This document shows positions 55,215 to 64,000 of a DNA stretch of 64,000 nt, one piece after another. How positions within the stretch are numbered: position 1 is the stretch's first letter; every line of letters starts with the position of its first letter. Source of the DNA: Eledone cirrhosa. Taxonomy: Eukaryota. The stretch covers positions 322,772,001 to 322,836,000 of the forward strand of contig OZ024742.1 of the NCBI GenBank assembly GCA_964016885.1. The letters run 5' to 3'. The notes beneath the pieces were generated by a model. It was not told the origin of the DNA and ran no database searches. It saw only the letters and a list, made by a program, of their open reading frames with translations. The translations under genes and the position numbers were made by a program.

Positions 55215-57973
55215 CATAACACCTGTGTGCGCTACAAGATCGCAACCATCTGCATACAAGAGGTCTCTTATGATTGATGTAAATACTTTTGTCTTTGCAG
55301 CAAAGCGCCTGATGTTAAATATGCTGCCTGAGGTTCGATATCGGATGTAAACACCATGCTCGCAATTCCTGAATGCAATACAGAAAACCATTGCAAAGTA
55401 TATGGCAAACAGGGTTGGTGCTGGAATATCCCCCTGTTTCACTCCATTTTTTACTGAGATAGGCTCCGACATGTTTCCTCCAACATTAACCCAAGCCTTC
55501 ATGTCGTCGTGGAAAGACCTAACTAAAGCAAGGAACTTATCAGGGCAACCAAGTTTCTGGAGAACCTTCCATAATGCATCTCTGTTAACAGTATCGAAAG
55601 CTTTTGTCAGATCGACAAAAACCTGATACAGATCCAAGCCTTGTTCCATGCACTTCTCCTGGAGCTGTCTAGCTCAGAAGATCATATCAGTAGTGCCGCG
55701 TCCAGCACGAAAACCAGATTGACTTTCAGGAAGAACACAATCTGCAATGTGTGTCAGCAGACGGTCCAGAAGCACCCTACATAAAACTTTCCATATGACA
55801 GAAAGCAATGATATACCTCTGTAGTTCCCACAATCATTCCTGTTACCCTTTTCCTTGTACAAGACCACCATTACTGCATCTCTCCAGTCCTCAGGTACGG
55901 ATTCATTAGCCCATATCCTGCCAAACAAAGAGTGAAGATGTTGCAGGAGTCTCTCACCACCATATTGTAGGAGCTCAGCATGTATGCCATCCATACCTGG
56001 AGATCTTCCACTGTTCAGCTTCGAAATAGCCACCGCAACCTCCACAAGCGTCGGAGGTTCTGCGAGAGCTACTTTCACAGGACTTTCTGGAATGAGATTG
56101 AGGAAATCTTCACTGACGACAGACGGCTGATTCAAAAGATCATCAAAATGCTCTCGCCACCTTCGTAGAATTCCTTGTGAGTCACGAAGAAGTTCTTTGC
56201 CATCCTTGCTGCGAAGCGGTGTCACCATAGAAGAAGACGGTCCATAAACCTCACACAAGAGACTGTACAACAGCTTTATGTTATTGGAATCTGACGCAGT
56301 TCGTATCTCATCAGCCTTCTCACTCCACCACTGATCCTTCATCTGAGAAAGACTCCGCCTAACACGTGATTTTACATCCTTGAGTTCCTCATGCAACGTA
56401 TTCCTCTCCTGTGGTTTTGCCGTCAAGTAGCGTGACAGAGCACGCCTCTTATCAGCCAACAAGTCTTCTATATGTACATCATTCTCATTAAACCAGTCCT
56501 TATGTTTTCTCTGCACCAATCCCAGAACACGCCTGCCTACATCATAAACCGACTTTTTAAGGGTCGGCCAATCCTCACCAAGATCTGCAGCCTGCATCTC
56601 TTCTTCCAATATCCTCTTCACATTTTTATCCTTAAGACGAGCAGCATTCAATCTTTTGGGCAGGGCAACACCAGGAGCCCGGATTTTACGTTTAGTGATT
56701 AGTTTCACTTTTGCGCGTACGAGGCGGTGGTCCGTCCAGCACTCAGCTCCACGAAGAGCACGAACACACTGCACATCCTGTCTGTCACGCATCCTGACTA
56801 AGACGTAGTCCAAAAGATGCCATTCCTTAGATGCAGGATGCATCCATGTGGTCTTGAATTTGTTCTTTTGTTGGAACATGGTGTTGGTAACACACAGATC
56901 CAGCTCCTCACACATCTGCAGCAGGAGCATACCATTGCTGTTACACTTTCCCACCCCATGCCTTCCGATTACATTCCATGTGTTAAAATCTCTACCCACT
57001 CTAGCATTAAAGTCACCAAGCACGATGACTTTGTCTGCCTGAGGGATATTTCTTAAAACACCTTTCAAGGCATGGTAAAAGGACACTTTTTCTTCATCGA
57101 CAGAATTCATAGTTGGAGCATACACACTCACCAGGGTCGCATATCTTCCTCTGTCCAGCGGAATTCTCATGGACATAAGACGCTCACTAATCCCTACTGG
57201 GAATTCTTCTAATTTATTCACAAGTACAGTCTTAACAGCAAATCCTACCCCAGCCTCTCTTCTGGTTCCTTCATCTCTTCCTTTCCAGAAGAATGTTTAT
57301 TCTCCACAAAATTCCGTAAGATGACCATCTCCAGCTAACCTCGTCTCAGATAAAGCCAAGATGTCAAGATCGTAACGTCGAAGCTCCTTTGCAACAAGAG
57401 CGGTCCTTCGTTCAGGACGCTCCAAGGAATCCCTGTCAAGCAGCGTTCGTACGTTCCAGCAGCCAAGACTAAATGCCTTGTTTGGCTCTATTACAATGGC
57501 ACGATGACGAACGGGCCCAGGCTGTGATAACCTGGGGCCCCTGCCCTTATTGCCAATTATCTTTTTTGTTCCAGAACTTAAATTGCCAATTATCTCTTTT
57601 ATATTGTTCTGGAACATCATTGAATTGGGGGGGGGGGGGAGTAATAATAATAGTAACAATAATAATAATAATACACTTAATAATTATTAATGCACTCGTG
57701 CAATGCCTGTGCGTGACGAATATTTTTAAAGTGAGGAAAGACTGTGCACTGAGCCAATCCCACTCTCTGAGCGACAGTAGCTATAACCCGAAAAGAAGAA
57801 AAGATCAACATCATCGGTAACTACTGAGCCGCAGGTTTTATGTCGGAGTTAACCCAGTTTCCTGAGATGCCTTCTCCTAGAAGAATGCCCTGACAAGGGC
57901 TAGGGGTTCTTCACTCCCAGTGGTTTAACTGCACGATCGGGCATCCAGCCCGATTATTTCTATGTCCCCGCGC
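55215..57973 (-). mobile_element. RTE (BovB-like) LINE with 5' UTR, APE and partial RT; 3'-truncated
   Basis: WNVRTLLD...PERRTALVAKEL, LSETRL, SVYAPT, GDFNARVG, YRGISLL, FVDLTKAFD, GVKQG, LLYAD; one frameshift near 57290 and an in-frame TGA at 55674. Confidence 0.93.
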
Positions 57974-58029
57974 AAAAAAAAAATAAATAAAAAATAAAAA
58001 AAACTCACTTATTGACACACACACACACA

Positions 58030-58243
58030 CGTCATTACATACATACACACATATATATATATTACCGTCATTACATACATACACACACATATATATATAT
58101 TACCGTCATTACATACATACACATATATTACCGTCATTACATACATACACACATATATATATATATTACCGTCATTACATACATACACACATATATATAT
58201 ATATTACCGTAATTACACACACACACATATATATATTACCGTC

Positions 58244-58294
<51 letters not shown>

Positions 58295-58320
58295 TACCGT
58301 CATTACACACACACACACAT
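58030..58320. repeat. Minisatellite ATTACCGTCATTAC(AT/AC)n
   Basis: Repeated ATTACCGTCATTAC anchor with variable microsatellite spacers, abutting the exon donor. Confidence 0.9.
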
Positions 58321-58326
58321 ACTAAC

Positions 58327-58407
58327 CTGGCTTGGAGTTTGTACACCTTGGAACATTTTGCCAACAGAGAGATCTGTGCGCCTGTCTCCAAAATATTCTA
58401 AAACATC
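58327..58407 (-). CDS. TPTE2: VSP/TPTE exon: DVLEYFGDRRTDLSVGKMFQGVQTPSQ
   Basis: ttacag/gttagt, 81 nt, phase 0 to 0; YFG.RRTD...FQGV.TPSQ TI/gating loop. Confidence 0.95.
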
Positions 58408-58966
58408 CTGTAAAAGTTTGAGAAAGTCCGCTTATTTAATAAAGATATCAAAGAGCACAAGGATATCGAGCAGGAAAGACATCAAGGTGTGAAATCTCTC
58501 TTTCTCTCTTACACACAGTGGTGTGTAATCCCGATAAGCCAGATAAGAATTTTTTACCCTATAATAATTATTTATTTAACAAACATTTCTTTTTTATTTC
58601 ACAGTTTTATAGACTACTAGAATCATTATCCATAGTATTTAAATAATGACATTTACATTTTGGAATAATATAATACAGTAGCATAGTTAGAGGGGGGGGG
58701 GGAGGCAAAGGGAGTGGTCTGCCCCAGGTGACACTTTTATGGAGAGAGAAAGAGAGAGAGAATCAACCCCAATATTATTTATCAATTCTGAAAGGACAAG
58801 AGGTTAAGTTGGCCATAAATTGGTGGGATTGTAACTCAGAGCACCAAAAGCCAGAACAAATACTGATGACTGAGCCAGTTCGCTACCTAAATCTTATACC
58901 TACACTTTCCAAAACCACACCCATGTAACATAGGAGACATTACTAACAATAAAAGACATTACTAAC

Positions 58967-59117
58967 CTTTGCTTCATTAAAAAGGCCACACTCTATAAGC
59001 CATACACAAATGATGGTTCCTGTCCTTCCTTTTCCACCTTTACAATGGACTGCAATGACATTCCTCTTATCTGCTGCCATCCATTCTCGAGCATCCGAAC
59101 AGAAATCAACCATTTTC
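58967..59117 (-). CDS. TPTE2: VSP/TPTE catalytic exon: KMVDFCSDAREWMAADKRNVIAVHCKGGKGRTGTIICVWLIECGLFNEAK
   Basis: tgtcag/gttagt, 151 nt. CX5R motif HCKGGKGR at 59024-59047 has Gly as in VSP/TPTE, where PTEN has HCKAGKGR. Confidence 0.97.
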
Positions 59118-59812
59118 CTGACAAAAACATATATACAAATATTTAAACAAGAATTTACAAACTGAAATGAAGTTCCCCTCACCATCCCATCACATCAATA
59201 CTTGCCAAATAAAGATTCTTTCATCATCATCATTGCTGCTTAATGTCCACATTCCATGCTAGTGTGGGTTAGATGGGTTGTCCCATTTGAGGCAGGTTGG
59301 GTCAGGTGACCGTGTCTTGCTCACACACTACTGTTTCTGGCTAGATTTCTACAGCTGGATGCCCTTCCTAATGCCAACCACATTTACTGTGTGTACTGGA
59401 TGCTTTTTGCTGTGACTCCTACACAATCACTTTATGGTGGGGACTGGGTGCTTTTTGTCATGACACCTACATGACCACTTTACTGAGTGGGCTGGGTACG
59501 TTTTGTTGTGACACCAACACGATTACTTTACAGTGTGGGCTGGGTGCTTTTTGTCATGACTCCAACACGACCACTTTATAGTGTAGACACAGACACACAT
59601 TCACAAAAACACACATTCACACAAACACACATACATTTACACAAACACACATACGCTTACACAAACACAGCATAACAAATGGAACACCAGCTGCTGTTTT
59701 GCTATAGGTTTTTCATCATCTCTTCCTTTTACACTCACATACATTCACACAAACACATACACAATGTGTGACAGACGGAAGTCGTTCTAATTTATATATA
59801 GATAACACTTAC

Positions 59813-59894
59813 TTCAGTGATGGGACATTGTGGTCATCAATGCTTACACGTTCAACTCTATTATGGAAGAGACTTTCATCATAATCACGTTCAC
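59813..59894 (-). CDS. TPTE2: VSP/TPTE exon: (S)ERDYDESLFHNRVERVSIDDHNVPSL
   Basis: ttccag/gtaagt, 82 nt, phase 1 to 2; IDDHNVP loop typical of VSP/TPTE. Confidence 0.95.
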
Positions 59895-61177
59895 CTGGAA
59901 ATTAGTTTTAAGTATGAGAAAACTATAGCTATGGCTATAACTGGTACAACCAGCAAGGGTTAAATTATGAAATAAAATAATGACGTCTAGTATAGGCACA
60001 ATTTTCAAGGAGGGGAAAGTTGATTAAATTGACCCCCAGTACGTTATTGGTGCTTTATTTTATCGACACCTGTAAGGATGAAAAGCAAAGTTAACCTCAG
60101 TGGGATTTGAACTCAGACCATAAAGAGCCATAACTATGTTGCAAAGCATGGCGTCCAACCCTCTACCAATACTGCCAATCCACCACCCTAAATAATATAA
60201 AATAATAATGATGAAAATGATTGTGTACAGTGCTCAGGTGTACAACTCATTCATTTTCCTGACATTTTCACTTGTTCATTTTCCTGATATTTGAACATTT
60301 TTCTAGGCACTATATACGCACCTTTGATGAGTTGTAGTGCCCCTGAGCACTGTACACAATAATTTCATTATTATTATTATTATTATCATCATCATCATAG
60401 GTGCATGTATAGCACATAGAATAATGTACAAATGTCAGGAAAGTAAACAGTGTAAGAGTCATAATATACACACAGACACACGCATGCGTGTGTATGGAGG
60501 GAGAATAACAGGTGTAGTGTTGGCAAATTTCTGGAAGCATGGAAGTTTTGAAGGATGTAAGGAGATGCTGTTATTGATGTTGATATGATTCACACATACA
60601 CATGTTTCTTGGGTTTTTAATGAGAGGAAAACTCAGTCATATCATACCACTCTCTGGTGACAGGAGATTAGATTTGAACTCAATGCACACAGAATTCAAA
60701 ACATAGTACAAGGCATCCCAATAGATGCTCTAACAATTCTGCCAATCCATCACCAAAATTTTCAACAAGCAGGTCCTCTCAAAATCATAGATCTGTCTGA
60801 CCCCAACTCTATTCTGGCCTGAATACATGTATTGTAGGTATATAAATACCAAATATTTTTTTAATTTATTAATATTCAGCAGAAGTGTGGTTTATCGGCA
60901 GAATCATTAAAGCATCAGGCAAAATACTTTACAGTATTTGGTTATAGCTCTTTATTTTCTCAATACAAATCCTGCCAAGTTCAACTTTGTTTTTCATCCT
61001 TCTGGGGTTAATAAAGTACCAGTCAAAAAGAGAGGTTGATGTAATCAACTCATCCCTCACTCCAAATTACTGGCCTTATGTCGAAATTAGAAACCATTGC
61101 ACTCAGTAGAAAGTTAGTATAAGCATTGGAATAATGAAAATTGGAGGAAATAATTTAAATATATCTGGTGTACTTAC

Positions 61178-61238
61178 TACATAGGTTATAGATCTTGTAA
61201 TGATTTTTATGCTTGGTCTCAAAGAATCGGACTACTTC
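61178..61238 (-). CDS. TPTE2: VSP/TPTE exon: EVVRFFETKHKNHYKIYNLC
   Basis: ttccag/gtaagt, 61 nt, phase 0 to 1; PTEN-family KH..HYKIYNLC motif. Confidence 0.95.
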
Positions 61239-61439
61239 CTGGAATCACAGAGTATTATGCAGATATATTACAATGATGATAGTGATAGTAGTGATGATGG
61301 TGGTGGTGATTAGTCAACATAATATTGACGATGATGGGTACACAAGAGATGTAGTGAGAACTCAGGCAGGCTAGCAAAGAATGTGGTCAATGCATAGGAG
61401 CAGTAAGTAACAAGAGCTCACAGAAAACAAGCTCCTTTC

Positions 61440-62700
61440 AATGCCTAGAAGGCTCTGTAGAAGTTGTCAATAGTTTGTTACCTAGGGGACTAAATTAGCA
61501 GTGGACATGGGTATTCTGAAAGTATATTAGCCATAGTAAGAATGGGGTGGAAAAAGTTCCGAGAGCTACTACTGCTGATAGCTACAAAGATTTTTTTTCC
61601 TCAAAATGAAAGGTAGATTGTATGAAGCTTGTGTATGAACAATAATGCTGCATGGATGTGAGACCTTCCACTATGTGCAGAGGGCCTATAAGGATTGAAA
61701 AGAAATGAAGCTTACATGCTTTGATAGATGTGTAATAGTAGTGTGCATGAATGACAAAGCATTAGTGAACAGAGAGAAACTGAGAATAAAAGGAGTAAGA
61801 TGCAGTGTACAGGAGAGGAGAATGCTGTGGTTTGAATATGTAATACATACAGAGGATGACAGCTGTATAGAAAGGTGCAGGTTACTCAAAGTTGATGGTA
61901 ACCATGGAAGAGGAAAACCTAGGAAAATTTGGGACGAAGTGATAAAAGCTGATCTTGCCCAATTAAACCTCATAAAGGAGATGACACAGGATCAAGATCT
62001 CTGGTGTCATGATGTATTGCAGAAAACCAGCCTTCCCATATGCACAAAATGAAATGAAATATGTAGTGAACACACTAGTCTGCACCAATCATCACCCCCC
62101 ACCCCATCCACTTTCTCCTGTTAAAATACCCTGCTCTCACCTGCTAAATATTCCATGAATCATACATCTGCTAAAATATCTCACACACTTAATCAATGTC
62201 GAACTTGCTTCTCTACCCAATCCATGAAAGCTGGACACACTTGATATCTGATCTCCCACAATGCTGTTTCCATGACAAAAAGCACAAAGTCTACCTTGTA
62301 TGCGGATCTGGTGCTACAACAAAAGCACCCAGTCCACAATGTAAGCTGGTCATGCTGGTGTCACAACAAAAAGCATCCATTCCACCTTGTAAGGTGGTCA
62401 TGTTGGTGACATGACAAAAAGTACCCTGTTCACACAGCAAGGTGGTCGTTTCAGTGCCATGATAAAAAGCACCAGTTCAAACTATAAGGTAGTCATTTCA
62501 GTGCCATGATAAAGGGCACACAGTCCACACTAACGAAGTTGGTGTTGGGAAGGGCCGCCAGTCATAAAAACCAAGCCAAAATAAAGATCCATATGAGTAA
62601 TATGGTCTCTAGACCTGACTTGTCTTATAATATAACTCGTCTAACCCATGCAAGTGTGGAAAATGAATGTTAAACAATGATGATGATGATGATAGTAATA
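61440..62700 (+). mobile_element. RTE LINE 3' fragment (same family as 44430-47837) including 3' UTR
   Basis: EVVNSFCYLGD-like segment, GWKKFRELL, GRGKPRKIWDEVIKADL; tail CGTCTAACCCATGC...GTTAAACAATGATGATG. Confidence 0.8.
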
Positions 62701-62857
62701 AGAATGGTGATAGTTGTAGTTGTGTTGTTTGTAGTGGTGATTAGTTAATGATGATGATGATGAATCTGGTTTATCTAACCATTCCAGAAAGATTAGTCAA
62801 ATGATGATGATGATGATGTTATACGATTAATAAAATCAATATATTTAAAATACTTAC

Positions 62858-62922
62858 ATGTATAGGGTTTCGATAGAAGGCCATTATACCAGAGGAAGGG
62901 AATGACATGGCTATCACTCGTT
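62858..62922 (-). CDS. TPTE2: Voltage-sensing phosphatase/TPTE exon: (E)RVIAMSFPSSGIMAFYRNPIH
   Basis: tttcttatttag acceptor, gtaagt donor, 65 nt; PTEN/VSP N-terminal phosphatase motif IAMSFP...YRNPI. Confidence 0.93.
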
Positions 62923-63464
62923 CTAAATAAGAAAAATAATTAAGAAATCATTAATTAAAATTATTCACTTTCTTATTGTGTTCTTTTACTTCTTTTACAG
63001 CTGTTTTTCCCAATAGCTTTCAGAAACAATTATTATTATTATTATTAAGGGCAGTAAATTGGCAGTATCGATAGGGCACCGGAAAACATGCTGTGTAGCA
63101 TAGAGTTACGGCCTTTTACAGATCCTGTTGAGGTTAGATTTGCCTTTCATCGTTACAAGGTTGATAAAATAAAGCACCAGTAATGCACTGGGGTCGATTT
63201 AATTGACTTTTGCTTCCCTGAAAATTGCTGGCCTTGTGCCTAAAGTAGAAATCATTAGAGGATTGGCAGTATTGGTAGAGGGTCGGACGCCATGCTTTGA
63301 CGTATAGAGTTACGGTCCTTGCCATTCTGAGTTCAAATCCCGCCAAGGTTAACTTTGTCTTTCATCCTTTCTGGGTCGATAAAATAAAGTACCAGTAATA
63401 CACTGGGTAATTGCTGGCCTTGTGCCAAATGTAGAAACAATTATTATTATTATTGTTGTTTTTC

Positions 63465-63797
63465 ATTTCATTTCATTTCATTTCACGTCCGCTTTTCCCT
63501 GCTTGCAAGGGTGGGACGGGAACTGATTTTGGCTTGATTTCTACAGCTGGATGCCCTTCCTAACACCAACCTCATTTACAGTGAGTGCTGGGTGCTTTTT
63601 TGCCGTGGCACCTACACAACCACTTTGCAGTGGAATGATAGGGACCCTATCATCTCATTTCTACAGCTGAGTAAACTGGAGCAATGTGAAATAAAGTGTC
63701 TTGCTCAAGGAAACAACACATCACCTGGTCTGAGAATTGAACTCACAACCTTTCGATTGCAAGGCCAATGTTCTAACCACTAAGCCATGTGCCTCCA
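63465..63797 (-). mobile_element. tRNA-derived SINE, family B
   Basis: Near identical to 14030-14368. Confidence 0.85.
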
Positions 63798-64000
63798 TGT
63801 GTTTCTTTATAATTATTTATTATGATGAATCCTCTGCCAATTTCAATAATGAGCATTCAGTCGTCCAATCACCTGAACATTTGACATTTAAGTGGCTGAA
63901 TATTCCACAGACACGTGTACATTTAATGTAGTTCTGAAGCCAGATTAGCATGATAGAATATATAACAAGGTTAGACCTTTGAATTACAGGTACAGTCTGG

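Noticed and set aside
58030-58320. Repeat-spacer pattern resembling a CRISPR array
   Set aside because: Spacers are (AC)/(AT) microsatellite, there are no cas genes, and the context is a eukaryotic intron
58943-59185. Calling the phosphatase PTEN
   Set aside because: HCKGGKGR, IDDHNVP, the C2 motifs and the absence of a long C-terminal tail indicate VSP/TPTE

Overview
Eukaryotic, AT-rich, repeat-dense DNA. The SINE/RTE repertoire and microsatellite load look like an octopod cephalopod, though that is an inference. Two spliced genes converge tail-to-tail. On the + strand are the last two coding exons of a P4-ATPase phospholipid flippase of the ATP8A1/ATP8A2 type (…GYAFSQEEHGVIPQ|ADLIRVYDTTKSKPEGL*, 20582-21221). 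On the - strand are ten coding exons (62922 down to 48009, all GT-AG and phase-compatible) encoding the phosphatase and C2 domains of a voltage-sensing phosphatase/TPTE protein (HCKGGKGR). Its voltage-sensor exons would lie beyond the right edge. The rest is intron or intergenic: about 10 kb of (TA)n/(TATG)n microsatellite with a 200-N gap, two large RTE-clade LINEs and many fragments, a CRE-like 3' fragment, several tRNA-derived SINE families, an RTE-derived non-autonomous element, a hAT MITE, a Tc1/pogo-like relic and minisatellites. Nearly all long ORFs in the track are microsatellite artefacts. The most notable observations are: (i) a perfect 172-bp-arm palindrome carrying a type I hammerhead ribozyme on each strand (Penelope-like relic) 1.8 kb downstream of the flippase stop; (ii) a C4HC3 PHD-like finger inserted inside the RT domain of an RTE LINE; (iii) Gln at the position of the VSP 'gating' glutamate; (iv) a duplicated exon end and splice donor next to the flippase autoinhibitory GYAFS exon.
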